From an uncultured delta proteobacterium (GTDB lineage: Bacteria > Desulfobacterota > Binatia > UBA9968), in NCBI GenBank assembly GCA_963755715.1, contig CAVWLW010000027.1:256001-320000 (forward strand): a DNA stretch of 64,000 bases, read 5' to 3'. The notes below the pieces were generated by a model. That model ran no database searches. It saw only the letters and a list, made by a program, of their open reading frames with translations, and was not told the DNA's origin. Positions 51,893 through 64,000 of this stretch are shown one piece after another. The translations under genes and the position numbers were made by a program. Numbering within the stretch: the stretch's first letter is position 1; each line of letters opens with the position of its first letter.

Positions 51893-52816
51893 CCGCCGAA
51901 GGGCGCGCCGCTCATGTACTTGAAGCCGCTGTCGACGGCGAGCGTGACGATGACCGCGTCCGGGCCGAGCCGCTCGGCGAGGCGCAGCGAGCCGACCACG
52001 TTCGCGCCGGTGGAGACGCCGGCGAAGATCCCTCCTCGCGCGGCCAGCCGCCGCGTCATCGCGATCGCCTCCTCATCCTCGATCGTGCTGAAGCCCGTCG
52101 ACCCATCGGGATCCCAGTGCGGCGGAACCATCCCGACCAGCCCTGCATCGCGAACGTCCCGCTCTCTCCGCCCGAGATCGCAGCCGAGCGGCCGGCTCGA
52201 GCGCCTGGACCAGACGCCTTCCGGCTTGAGCGCGTGCCGCCGATGCCGACCACAGAGCTCGCGGTCCCGATCCCCTGGCAGAAGGCCGTCACCCGTCCTC
52301 CCGCCTGGTCCCAGATCTCCCGGGCGAGGTGCGGCTCGTGGCCCAGGGACGATGTACGGGTTGTTGAACTGGTCGGTCGCGTCGTGGCCGGGCTCGGCGG
52401 CCAGTTCGGCGGCGCGGGCGATCATGCCGCCGAATGTCCTCGTGCCGTCACGTTCGGCTGGCCCTGGACGGACGCGATCACGATCGAGGTGCCCCGGCGA
52501 GCGCGCGCATCAGGCGCAGTCGCTCCTCGGAGAAGCAATCGGCGATCACGATCTTGCGCGCGGTATCCCTTCGCGCCGCAGACGAGCGCTAGCGCCGGGC
52601 CCTTGCTCTCGCCGGTGTACTCGACGACGATGATGCCGGGGCCGATCGAGACCGTTGCGCTCGGCCCCTTCGATCATCGCGAGGGCCATGCGGTCCTTCG
52701 TCGAGCGGGTCGGGTTCGTGTACTCAGCTTGATCCAGAGCTCGGCGCCGTTCGCGGGGACGCAGTGGCGGAGCGGACGAGCGGCGTGTTCCCGATCTGCT
52801 CGAGGATCGAGCTCAG
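51889..52816 (-). CDS. PLP-dependent cysteine synthase family protein (heavily frameshifted)
   Basis: IGNTPLV, NPT.STKDR.A, DQFNNP, GIGT, GVSTGAN, DSGFKYMS. Confidence 0.78.
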
Positions 52817-53746
52817 AGCTCGCCGTCCCGGTAGTCGAGCTGCTCGATCCGGGCGATCAGGCCGACGCCGCGGAAGAGACCTTGTTCGAGCGCGGGTAGT
52901 AGCAGATGTCGTTCGGCTCGCCGGGTGCCGTAGGCCAGGAGACTCAATGCCGTCCTCGCCGCCGCGGAAGCGTGCGCGACCGCGTCGCCGGCCGGGCCGC
53001 GCGACGACGTGACCCGCGCGGCGGATGTTCCTCGTCGCCGAGCAGGCACACGCCGTCCCCGTCGAGCACGACGAAGAGCTCCTCCTCGGCGGAATGGCAG
53101 TGCAAGGGCGGCGTCCGCTTGCCCGGGTGGATCCGGTCGATGTTCAGGCCCGTCTGCTGCGGCGCCGCGCGGCGGCGCGCGAACCAGCCGGACGGTGATC
53201 GCCGAACGTCGCCGCCGGGACCCAGTCCTCCCACTCGGCGTCATTCACGTTCAGGATGTTCGACGGTCGCGGCTCGGGCTCGCCTACCTCGGGCTCGCCG
53301 GCGGCGACCTCGCGCGCCCAGGGATGGTCGCCGGTGCCCGCGTCCGTCCACGTGGGGAAGATCCAGGCGACGTCTCCGCGCGGCAGGTCGGCGATCTGCA
53401 GAGGACGCGCATGCCGTAGATGAGGACGTCGAGCCCGTCGTCGCCGGCGCGCAGCGTGTGCGCCCAGGCGCTCGGCGGATGGACGATGCAGTCGCCCGGC
53501 CCGACCTCGTAGACGCTTCCCGTCCTGCCAGGAGAGGCCGGAGCCGCCGAGGACGTAGACGATCTCCTCCTCGGCGCCCTCGACGTGCGCCGGCGTCGAC
53601 CACTTGCCGGGGTCGATCTGGAGCCGCTTCAGCCCGACGGTGACCGTCCCGGCCGCGCGTCCGAGGTCGCGCCAGACCGCGCCCAGGTGTCCGCGCTCGC
53701 TGCGGCGGCCCTCGACGTCGTCCCAGTGCGCGATGAACTCAGTCAT
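52813..53746 (-). CDS. Bicupin domain protein (frameshifted)
   Basis: STPAHVEGAEEE and TPPLHCHSAEEE cupin motifs. Confidence 0.78.
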
Positions 53747-54501
53747 GGACGACACGCCCCTCCATCCCGCCGGCGACCGTGATGACCTGCCCCGTGACGT
53801 GCCCGGAGATGTCGTCGGAGGCGAGGACGACGACCTGGCGCGCGACGTCCTCCGCAACGGCGACCTTGCGCAGCGGCATCGTCCGGGTGATTCGCTGGAC
53901 CAGCGTCGTCGTCGATCGCGCCGCGCGTCATCGGCGAGTACGTCCAGCCCGGCGCGACCACGTTGACGCGGGCGCGCGGAGCGACGCGCACGACCTCGTT
54001 CTTCAGGCTGAGCAGCAACCCGTATGCGATCGCGGACTTCGCCGCCGCGTAGTCGGCGTGGCCGGCCTCGCCGAAGAGCCCGGCGGTCGAGCCGACCATG
54101 ACCAGGCTGCCGTGGCCGCGTCTCGGCGACGCCGCGCAGGAAACCGCGCGCGGTCAGGAACGTCGCGGTCAGGTTCGCCGCAGCGTCGTCCTCCCACCGC
54201 TCGAGCGGCAGCTCCCAGACGGGCTCGTCCGGGCGTCGGCCAGACGCCGGCGACCGCCGCGCAGACGTCGAGCGCGCCGGCCTCGGCGAACAGGTGCTCG
54301 ACCTCGGCCTCGCTCGTCAGGTCGGCCTGGACGAGCGCGCCGCCGATCTCGTCCTGCAGCGCCTCGGCCCGCTCCTTGCCGCGGTGGTAGTGCAGCGACG
54401 ACCTCGCAGCCCTCCGCGGCGAAGGCGCGGGCGCAGGCCGAGCCGATTCCGCCCGAGGCGCCGGTGACGAGCACGCGCTTCCCTTGCAGCCCGGTCTCCA
54501 C
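53743..54501 (-). CDS. SDR oxidoreductase (frameshifted)
   Basis: VTGASGGIG, GSTAG, YAAAK, VNVVAPGW. Confidence 0.85.
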
Positions 54502-54519
54502 GTTTGGGAGGCTACAAGC

Positions 54520-55331
54520 ATGCGTGTCCACATCATCAGCGACATGGAGGGCGTCGCCGGGATCGTCAAGTGGGAGCAGGTCACCGGCGGCGACGAGATG
54601 TACGAGGAGGGCCGGCGGCTCTAACCGGGGAGATCAACGCCGCCGTGCGCGGGGCGAAGGCGGCCGGGGCGACCGAGATCGTCGTCATGGACTGCCACGG
54701 CGCGGGCAAGGGCTGGAGCTTCAACTCGCTCATCCCCGAGGAGCTCGACCCCGACTGCGAGTGCGTCGTCCAGCAGGAGTGGACCGGAGTACACGGAGTT
54801 CCTCGAAGAGGGCTGTGACGCCGCGCTCTTCGTCGGCGATGCACGCGATGGCGGGAACGCCGACGGCGTGCATGAACCACACGGTCTCGGGCAGCAATGG
54901 CAGAACCTCTGGTTCAACGGGACGCTCGTCGGCGAGACAGGCATCAACGCGGCGCTGTGCGGCCAGTGGGGCTGTCCGGTGCTGCTCGTCACCGGCGACG
55001 ACGCGGTCTGCCGGGAGGGGACGCGCGCTGCTCGGCGACGGCCTGACGACCGTGGCGGTCAAGCGCGGGCCTCAGCAGCTTCAGCGCCCGCCAGATCCGG
55101 CAAAGCGGGCTCGCGAGGTGATCGAGGAGGGCGCGAAGCAGGCGCTGAAGGACCTGAAGGCGGTCGAGCCCTACGTCCCGGGCCGTCCTGCCGAGATCAA
55201 GGTCGAGTTCAAGGTCACCGACGCCGCCGCGCAGCTACGCGCGGAAGGCGGGCGTCGAGCAGCTCGACGACCGCATGGTGGTCTCGCGTGCCGACGACTG
55301 GTGGTCAGCGTGGAGCCAGTTCTTCTTCTGA
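54520..55331 (+). CDS. dppA: M55 family D-aminopeptidase (frameshifted)
   Basis: ISDMEGVAG, EINAAV.GA, DCHG, HA.AG, GETGIN, VTGDD. Confidence 0.85.
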
Positions 55332-55882
55332 GACGACGTTCAGCTCCTCGACCAGCGTGAAGAAGGCCTGGGCGAACGGCGACTCGCTCGTCCGTTCGCG
55401 CACGCTCGGCCAGTCGATCTGCTCGCGCAGCGCCCGCGCGACCTCGAGGATGGCCTTGTAGTCGAGCACCATCTCGTCGAGTGCGAGGAGCTTCGAGACG
55501 ATCAGGTCGTCGGGGTGGAGCACGAGCATCGGCACGGCGTAGACCTCCATCTCGGCCGCGCGGTCGATCACCTCGTCGGTCACGTCGCCCTCGGACGTCC
55601 GGAAGATCAGGTCGACGAAGACGTCGCCGTCCCAGGCTTTGTACAGCCATCCCTCCGGCGGCTTCTCCGGGCGGAAGCCCGCGTCGTCGAGCACGGCCAG
55701 GGCGCGGTCGGCGTCCTGCGGCCGCAGGAGAAGGTCGACGTCATGGTCCGACTCGGGCCCGCCGCGCGCAGCCGAGGCGATTCCGCCGCCCAGCACGAAC
55801 GGTGATGCCGGATTCGCGCAACGCTGCCGGCTGCCTTCTTCAGGCTCTCGATCAGGTCCGCAAACGTCGGCCCCCCGCTCAT
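55305..55882 (-). CDS. Nucleotidyltransferase family protein (frameshift near 55810)
   Basis: FVLGGGIA..ARGG..SDHDVD, WLYKA, VDLIF, LREQIDW. Confidence 0.82.
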
Positions 55883-55892
55883 GGGTGAGTGG

Positions 55893-55919
55893 ATACCCCG
55901 CGCCGCCGTTTGCGAATCC
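55893..55919 (-). promoter_or_regulatory. SigF/SigB-like promoter of the nucleotidyltransferase
   Basis: GGATT-N16-GGGTAT on the minus strand, 10 nt before the ATG (near-leaderless). Confidence 0.5.
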
Positions 55920-55944
55920 GGCCTGTCGTGGTAGATCGCAGCGA

Positions 55945-56724
55945 ATGAGCTGCATTCGAATCGCCGCTGCAGGCGACATCACTGCAGCGAGGAGAACCGT
56001 GTAGCGGTAGCGGCCGCGTTCGACGAGGCCGAGCGCGACGCCGACCTGATCCTGCTCGCGGGTGACCTGACGACGTACGGCGAGCCGGAACAGGCGGCGC
56101 TTGCTCGCCCAGATACTGCACGGAGATCTCGACGGGCCGGTGATCGCGGTCCTCGGCAACCACGACTGGCACGCCGACCGCTGCGCGGAGATCACGAGTC
56201 TTGCTCGAGGACGCCGGGGGTCGGGGATGCTCGAATCGCACCCGACACCGTGCGCGACGTGCGCGGAACCCGGATCGGGGATCGTCGGCACCAAGGGTTT
56301 CATCGGCGGCTTCCCCGATTCCGAGCTGCCCGGACTTCGGCGAGCCGATCCTCCGCCGCGTCTACGCGGAGACGACCGCCGAGGTGGCCGCGCTCGACGC
56401 CGGCCTGGCGGCGATCGCGGACTGCCGGCTGCGGATCGTCCTGATGCACTACGCGCCGACGACGACGACGCTCGTGGGCGAGCGCCGGTGATCTGGGCCT
56501 TCCTCGGCAGCAGCCGGATGGGCGTCCCGATCGCGCGCTACCACCCCGATCTCGTGCTCCACGGCCACGCCCACGGGGGCACCTTCGAGGGCTCGATCGA
56601 CGACATCCCGGTCTACAACGTCGCCGTGCCTGTGCTCGGCCGGGACTTCTGGATATTCGAGCTCGAGGGCGCGGAAGTGAAGGTCGAGGCGGAGCCCGCC
56701 GAGCCGGTCGCGGGCCCTCACTAG
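55945..56724 (+). CDS. Calcineurin-like metallophosphoesterase (frameshifted)
   Basis: RIAAAGD(IH), LAGDLT, VLGNHD, GTKGF, HYAP, HGHAH, VYNVA. Confidence 0.85.
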
Positions 56725-56823
56725 GCGTTCGTCGCCCCGGCGGCGCAGCTCGCCTCCAAACAAATCGTTTACATGAAGAAAAGCTCATTGCACCTGCTCG
56801 AAGTTACGTGCGAAAATGTCAGC

Positions 56824-57544
56824 GTGCGTGCGCACGTCGTTCACGAGACCGAGGTTCGCGGCCGCCGGGCCGGGACGGACACCGCAGAGGTACGCGTCAC
56901 CCTTGACTCGGCGGTCGGCTCCGACCGGCTGGAGCAGCGTGTCATCCGCTTCGGCCGCGGGAAATCGCAGCCGCAAAAGCTGGACGGGGTGCAGGGCATC
57001 CTCTACGCGGTCTCCGGCCGCGGCGTGATGGAGGTCGACGGAGAGAGCCACGAGCTCGAGCCCGAGACGGGCGTCTACCTGCGACCGGGCGAGCACTTCG
57101 CGATCGAAAACCCGGGGCCGGACGAGCTCGTCACCGTGCTCGTCACCACCTGGCCCACCGACGGGATGCTGGCCACGCCGAACCCGCGCGTCGTCCGCTA
57201 CGGCGAGCGACCCACGCTTCCCGCCGGCAAGGATCGCGAGTTCCGCTACCTCGTCCATCGCGACACGGGCTCTCCGGACGTGACGCAGTTCATCGGGACG
57301 ATCCCACCCGGGCGCTCGCCGCACCACAGCCACGTCTACGACGAGGTCATCTACGTGCTGACGGGCGAGGGAACCCTCCACGTCGAAGGGCGGGAGTTCC
57401 CGATCCAGGCCGGGACGTGCATGCATCTCCCGCCGCTCGTCGAGCATGCGCTCGAGAACGGAGGGGAAACGCCGATGCGCGTGCTGGGCGTGTTCCACCC
57501 CTCCGGTGACCCCGCGTCACGCGCGTACGAGGCAAACGAATTAG
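56824..57544 (+). CDS. Bicupin domain protein
   Basis: PHHSHVYDEVIYVLTGEG, HALEN; stop probably masked by a 1-nt insertion near 57541. Confidence 0.78.
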
Positions 57545-57607
57545 CCAAGAACGGAGTCTCAGACGCAATATGCTGCAAAACTGCATTATCCAGTGAGGAG
57601 GAGAAGA

Positions 57608-58825
57608 ATGAAGAAATCATCAATCGCGGCGGTTGCCGTCTCTGGCCGCGCTCGTTACTGCAGCAACGGGCGCGGCCAGGCGGCGTTCAGGCCCGCTGCG
57701 GACAACAGGCCGGCTCGGCGCTGGTCGATTGCGGAACGACGCAGACGATCGGCGTCGCGTACCCGGCGACGGGCCCCGCGGCCTCGATCGGCGTCTGCCA
57801 GATCCATTGGGCGCAGTTCTTCGCGTCGCAGTGGAACAAGACCCATCGAGAGGAACAAGATCCGCATCGTCCAGGGCGATACGAAGCTGCCGGACACGGC
57901 TTCGGCGCTCTCGGTCGCGCACCAGTTCGCGTCCAACTCGAACATCCTCGGCCTTGTCGGCCCGGCCGGCAGCCAGGAGGTCCAGGACACGGCCGCAGTC
58001 TTCAAGAGTGGCCGGTCTCGCAATCGTCACCGGCTCGGCGACCCGCGTCACGCTAACGCGTGCGCAAGGCGGGAAGCCGCGCGACACGCCCAAGGGCTTC
58101 TTCTACCGGACGGTTCCGAACGACGGGCAGCAGGGCGACCGCGTGCGCGGTCTGGATCGCTGGAAAGCTGAAGGCGAAGCGCGTCTACATCATCGACGAC
58201 GAGGAGAGCTACAGCACGGGCCTCGCCGACCAGGTGCAGCGCGACCTGCAGTCGAACGGCGGCCTCACCGTCAACCGCGACCACGTGAACCAGAGCGTGT
58301 CCGACTTCTCGTCGGTCATCACCCGCATCCCGGGCGAACACGCAGGTCGTGTTCCTCCCGTGGCAGCTCGCGGGGAAGGCCCAGCTCTTCTACACGCAGC
58401 TCCGCGCTGCTGGGAAGAGAGCGATCGTGTTCGGCTCGGACGGGACGTTCGCGCCCGGCACCTTCACCGGCGCCGGCTCGTACGTGTCCTCGTTCCCGGT
58501 CGACTACAACAGCGCCCTGCTCAAGAAATTCAAAGCCCAGCACGGCGGGCAGGACGAGGCGTTCGGTCTCCCGACCTACACCGCAGCTCTCGTGAACGCG
58601 ACCGCGATCATGAAGGCGTGCAAGAACGGGACCGCGTCGCGGGCCGAGGTGCGAAAGAACGTCGCAAACGTCAAGCTGTCGAAGAAGGCCTCGCTGCTTG
58701 GGTTCCCGGTGACGTTCCTGTCGAAGAACAGGGGCTCGCAGCTGGGTGCCGGCGACATGGGCCTCCCCGCCGACTTCGGCATCTACAAGATCGGCGCGAA
58801 CGGGAAGTACAACCGCGTCGGCTAG
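57608..58825 (+). CDS. livK: Branched-chain amino acid ABC substrate-binding protein (frameshifted)
   Basis: IGVAYPATG.AAS.G, VGPAGS, FYRTVPND..QG, IDD..SYSTGLA, FGSDG. Confidence 0.82.
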
Positions 58826-58846
58826 GTAACGGAAAGTGACTCGACT

Positions 58847-58874
58847 CGAGCGGCCCACCCCGGTGGGCCGCTCG
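58847..58874 (+). terminator. Intercistronic hairpin after livK
   Basis: CGAGCGGCCCAC-CCCG-GTGGGCCGCTCG followed by CGTTTC. Confidence 0.6.
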
Positions 58875-58896
58875 CGTTTCTGACAACCTTTCGCCG

Positions 58897-59891
58897 TTGC
58901 ACCCTCCGCTCCTCAGCATCTGGGACACCATCACGCAGCTCGGCTGGGGCGGTGCCTTCGAGCTGCTGCGGAACGGCCTGGTGCTGGGGAGCCTCTACGC
59001 CCTGATCGCGCTGGGCTACACGATGGTGTACGGAATTCTCAAGCTCCTGAACTTCGCCCACGGCGAGGTCTACATGGTCGGGGCATTTCTCGGATACGGG
59101 ATCCTCAGCGTCCTGGGCGGCCCTCTGGCGCCGGCGGTCGCGCTCGTGCCGCTGATCCTGTTGATGTTCGCCGGCGGGATGCTCGGCGCCGGCGCGCTCG
59201 GCATCGTGGTCGAGCGCTTCGCGTACCGGCCCTTACGAAACGCGCCGAGGATCGCGCCGCTGATCAGCGCGCTCGGCGTGTCCTTCTTCCTCGCCAACAG
59301 CGTGCTCCTGCTCACCCACGGCCAGCGCTACAGCTACGCCGCTTACCAGCTAGGCGGCAATCCGAACACCGGCGAACCTGGCTCCCTGTTCCAGCCCGCC
59401 TTCAACGTGATGGGCCGGCCGGTCACCGTCGTCCAGCTGGTTGTGGTCACGACCAGCATCGCGCTGATGATCACGCTCACGCTGGTCGTGTCCCGCACGA
59501 AGCTCGGAAAGGCGATGCGCGCTGTCGCGTTCGATCGCGAAGCAGCATCGATGATGGGCATCGACACCGACCGCGTGATCATGTTCACGTTCTTCATCGC
59601 GTCCGTGTTGGCCGGGGCGGCCGGTGTCATGTTCGGCCTCTACATCGGCGAGACGTACTACCTGATGGGTTTCCTCGCCGGGCTGAAGGCGTTCACGGCC
59701 GCGGTCGTCGGTGGGATCGGCAGCATCCCCGGAGCGATGGCGGGCGGGCTCCTGATCGGGGTGACGGAGTCGTTCGCCGCGGGTTACGTCGGAGGCCAGT
59801 GGTCCGACATCGTCGTCTTCGGGATCCTGATCCTGTTCATGCTGCTGCGCCCGACGGCCTGTTCGGGACGAAAGCGATCCAGAAGGTCTAG
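58897..59891 (+). CDS. livH: Branched-chain amino acid ABC permease
   Basis: YALIALGYTMVYG..LNFAHG, GKAMRA, KAFTAAVVGGIGS. Confidence 0.9.
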
Positions 59892-59895
59892 TGGG

Positions 59896-61370
59896 ATGAC
59901 GGGCGAGACCCCACTAGCTCCCGTCCCGCCAGACGAGGTCGATCGTCCGGCGATCGGCGTCGACGAATGGGTCGCGAGCGCAGAGGAGCGTCATGAGCGA
60001 CGGGGAGGCCTCGGTGGGCTGATCTCCCGCGGCTGGGACGTGTCGCCGCCGCCGGCCAAGCTGATTGCCTTCGTCGCGCTTGCCTCGACGCTGCCGTTCT
60101 GGATGAACGAGGGCGAGCTCTTCTCGTACGGCCTGTACACGCTGATCTTCGCCTTGCTCGCCCTCGGCCTGAACGTCGTCGTCGGGTTCGCGGGCCTCCT
60201 CGACCTCGGCTACGTGGCCTTCTACGGGATCGGGGCCTACGGCTACGCGCTGCTTTCCTCGAGGCACTACGGGATCCACTGGCAGGCCGAATTCTCGATC
60301 CCGATCGTGGTCGCCGGGACGGCGCTCGTCGGGCTCTTGCTCGGGTTGACCTCGCGCCGGCTCCTCGGGGACTACCTCGCGATCGTGACGCTCTTCTTCG
60401 GCCAGGCATTCGTCGCGTTCGTCAACAACGCGAACCCGAAGGTGGCCGGAGAGGGGCTGACAGGCGGTCCGAACGGAATCCCCGGTGTCGACCCGCTGAA
60501 CTTCTTCGGCTACAAGCTCCACTCGACCAAGCAGTACTACTTCCTCCTGCTCATCGTTTTTCGCTCGCGATGGCCGGCCTCTACTTCCTGAGCCACTCGC
60601 GCACGGGCCGCGCCTGGAAGGCGCTGCGGGAGGATCCGCTCGCCGCCGAGACGATGAGCATCCCCGTCAACCGCCTGAAGATCATGGCCTTCATGTTCGG
60701 CGCCGGGACTGCCGGGCTCGCGGGTTGCATCTTCGCGGCGATCCAGACCGGGGTCGTTGCCGGGCAACTTCGACGTCGCGCTGTTGATCACGCTCTACGC
60801 GATCGTCATTCTCGGCGGGCTCGGGAGCATCGCCGGCGTGCTCGTCGGCGCGATCGTCATCGATGTCGTCCTTGCAATTCCTCGCGCCGTCGAACGACCA
60901 CCCGGAGCTCAAGCGGTGGCTCTTCTACGGCGTGATCGTCCTCATCGTTGCGCGGATCAGGCCCTGGGCCCGCTGGCCCTGTCGCCGCGGGCACGGTCGC
61001 GTTCGGCTTCGTCTTCCATCGCGGTCGCGGGTGCCATCGACTCCTCGTGGACGGCCGGGACCGCGATGGACGCGGGGTCCGCCGGAACCGGTATCGAGCA
61101 CTGGGTGGTCATCCCCCAGGGCCACCCGGGGTTCGACACATGGGCGTACATCATCCTGGTCGCGCTGATCATCGCGGCCGCGCAGGTGCGCGGCTGGTGG
61201 CGGTACGGATTATGATCCCGACGCTGTACTGGGTCGCCGTCGTCTGGGAGAACGTCCTCGTCGAACAGCCGGCGGTGACGGCGCTCATCCTCTTCGGCGC
61301 GCTGCTGATCGCGCTGATGCAGGCCAGGCCCAGGGCTTGCTCGGCACGGCGCGGGTGGAGATCGTATTAA
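59896..61370 (+). CDS. livM: Branched-chain amino acid ABC permease (frameshifted)
   Basis: GLNVVVGFAGLLDLG, GDYLAIVTL, GRAWKALRED, ILGGLGS. Confidence 0.85.
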
Positions 61371-62181
61371 TGGCGCCCCTGCTCGAACTCGAGGGCCTGA
61401 CAAGTCTTCGGCGGGCTGCGGGTGATCGACGAGCTCGACCTCCTGGTGAACGAAGGGGAGGTGGTCAGTGTCATCGGACCAAACGGCGCCGGCAAGACCA
61501 CGCTCTTCAATCTCGATCACCGGCATCTACCGTCCGGACGAGGGCGAGATCCGCCTTGACGGCGAAACGTCGTCGGCCTCGCGCCCAACAAGATCACGAA
61601 GCTCGGAGTGGCGCGAACGTTCCAGACCCTTCGCCTCTTCCTGAACATGTCCGTCAAGGAGAACGTGATGGCCGGCGCAGTACGGCCGCACACAAAGCGG
61701 GGCCGCTGCGCTCGATCCTGCGGACTCCCGGGCATGCGCCGCGAGGAGCAGGAGATCGCCGCAGCAGGCTGAGGAGAAGCTCTCCTTCTTCGGCCAGCGG
61801 CTGATGGGTTACCGCTGGGACCAGCCCGCCTACAGCCTCTCCTACGCGAACCGCCGGCGGCTCGAGATCGCGCGGGCGATGGCGACCGAGCCGCGCATCC
61901 TCCTGTTGGACGAGCCGGCTGCGGGGATGAACCCGGTCGAGACGCACGAGATCACCGAGCTGATCGGCCAGCTGCGCGACGAGGCCGGCTACACGATTCT
62001 CGTGATCGAGCACGACATGCACGTCGTCGAGGGGATCTCCGACCGCGTCGCCGCGCTCGACCACGGCGTCAAGATCGCCGAGGGCTCCTTCGAGCGAGGT
62101 GGCGACCGACCCGCGCGTCGTCGAGGCGTACCTCGGGATCAAGGGTGCGGGAGGGAGAGAGCCGATGCTGCTCCGACTTAG
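61370..62181 (+). CDS. livG: Branched-chain amino acid ABC ATPase (frameshifted)
   Basis: [39 protein letters not shown]. Confidence 0.87.
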
Positions 62182-62871
62182 CGGGCATCGACACCTATTA
62201 CGGCCAGATCCACATCCTCTCGGGCGTCGACCTGGAGGTGGGGGAGGGCGAGCTCGTCTGCCTGCTCGGCGGCAACGCGTCGGGGAAGTCGACGACGCTG
62301 AAGACGATCCTCGGGATCGTCGGCCGCGCAACGGGACGGTCGAGTTCGCCGGCGAGAACGTCACCGAGCGGCACACGAGCTACCGGATCCGCCAGGGGAT
62401 GGCGATCGTCCCGGAGAACCGGCGGCTGTTCGCGCCGATGACCGTGCTCGAGAACCTGGAGATGGGCGCGTACCTGCGCGGCGGCGGGCGCGAAGGAGGA
62501 CTTCGACCGCGTCTACGACGCTCTTCCCGCTGCTGCACGAGCGGCGCAATCAGCTCGCCGGGACGCTGTCAGGCGGCGAGCAGCAGATGGTCGCGATGGG
62601 CCGCGCGCTGATGTCGCGGCCGAAGCTGCTGCTGATGGACGAGCCGTCGATGGGGCTCGCGCCGATCCTGGTCGAGCGGAACTTCGAGATCATCAAGGAA
62701 GTGCACGAGGCCGGCGTCTCGATCCTGGTCGTCGAGCAGAACGCGAACATCTCGCTCTCGATCGCCGACCGCGGCTACGTCCTGTCGACCGGCCGCGTCG
62801 TGCTCACGGGCCCGGCGAAAGAGCTGCTCGCGCACGAAGACCTGAAGAAAGGCGTACCGTAGGGCCGCTGA
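62165..62871 (+). CDS. livF: Branched-chain amino acid ABC ATPase (frameshifted)
   Basis: [39 protein letters not shown]. Confidence 0.87.
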
Positions 62872-63046
62872 GGCGCATAGCGCTGGCGCCGCGGCAGCGC
62901 CGTGCCCGCGGCCCGGCCGCCCGTTCCACTTCCGCCGCTACACGAGCGGCATGGTCGAACGATCACCAGTACGTCGTACTGAACGAGAAGAGGAACGGGT
63001 CCGGCTGAGAGGAACTCACAGGGTCCTGTACCGTTCACGGCCACGC

Positions 63047-64000
63047 ATGTTACGAGCACGGCGCTCAATCTCGGGCCTGCAGCTGAACGGGGAGACTCCC
63101 TCGTCCGGGAGGCGGCGCGCGAGCGGCCGCTCCAGGTCGGGCCGCTGCCAGACCGCATCCGGCACCGCTTCCCGATCTTCCGCAACCGCATCTACATCAA
63201 CTCCTGCTCGCAGGGGGCGCTCTCCGACTCGGTGCGCGAGGCGTACGAGCGCTACCTCGAGGACTGGGACGAGCGCGGCGCGCCGTGGGATTACTGGGTC
63301 GAGAAATCGGAGGACGCGCGCAACGCCTTCGCCGGCCTCGTCAACGCGGACGCCGACGAGGTCGCCGTCACGACCTCCGTCTCGGCCGGCCTGAGCGCTA
63401 TCGCGACGGGCCTGCGCTACGCGCGCCGCTCGAAGATCGTCACGACCGACTGGGAGTTCCCGACGGTCGGACAGATCTGGCACGCGCAGGAGCTCCGCGG
63501 GGCGCGCGTCGTCCACATCGAGGCCGACGCGGACGGGACGCTCCCGCTCGAGCGCTTCGAGCGGGAGATCGACGAGGACACGGCGATCGTCTCGGTCACG
63601 CATGTCTGCTACCGGAACGGGGCGCGCGTCGAGTCGCCGAGGTCGCGCGGATCGCGCACGAGCGCGGCGCGCTCGTCGTTCTCGACGCGTACCAGTCCGC
63701 CGGCTCGCTCCCCCTCGACGTGCGCGAGCTCGACGTCGACTTTCTCGGCGGCCGGAGCGCTCAAGTACCTGCTCGGCTCGGCCGGGCTGGCGTTCCTGTA
63801 CGCGCGCCGCGAGGTCGTCGAGCGCGTCTGGCCGACCGCGACCGGCTGGTTCGCCGACAAGAACATCTTCGAGATGGACCACCGCGACTACTCGCCGGCG
63901 CCGACCGCGAGCCGCTTCCAGTCGGGGACGCCGCCGATCCCGGCGATCTACGCGGGCGTCGCCGGGATCGAGCTGATGCAGGAGATCGGCGTCGCCGACA
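63047..64000 (+). CDS. Aminotransferase class V PLP enzyme (kynureninase/cysteine desulfurase-like), runs off window
   Basis: RFPI...IYINSCSQG, EFPT, LDAYQSAG, LKYLLG..G, RFQSGTP. Confidence 0.85.

Noticed and set aside
56773-60591. Apparent fusions cupin-LivK (56773-58056) and LivH-LivM (58897-60591)
   Set aside because: Each is explained by a single indel masking a stop codon; separate starts are visible.
62985-63045. TPP-riboswitch-like GGCTGAGAG motif before the aminotransferase
   Set aside because: It lacks the downstream ACCUGAU...GCGNAGGGA half of the aptamer.

Overview
The window appears to be two unrelated genomes joined at about 20,921-20,927. Left of the join (1-20.9 kb) the DNA has moderate GC and reads like a Gram-negative, Deltaproteobacteria/Binatia-like organism (inferred from gene content and codon style). 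It encodes Rieske/cytochrome b, ispF, transporters, tpx and a GAF kinase-receiver-adenylate cyclase operon. Its intergenic gaps hold several families of short-period (7, 8 and 9 nt) inverted-repeat elements, and one pair brackets a GxxExxY PD-(D/E)xK nuclease gene like terminal inverted repeats. Right of the join the DNA is very GC-rich and actinobacterial, Thermoleophilia/Gaiellales-like (inferred). It carries a sugar-ABC/MetE-like operon, an epoxide hydrolase preceded by a mini-ORF resembling its two ends, an orphan Cap12/Pycsar-type TIR effector and a PHA locus. It also has an integrase-less 3.6 kb tRNA-Asp island, a SAM-I/IV-like riboswitch before a yitJ-like gene, an ECF sigma/anti-sigma pair and a liv ABC operon. 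Many genes carry single-base frameshifts, most likely uncorrected long-read errors, so several boundaries are approximate. All family assignments come from motif recognition; no database searches were run.
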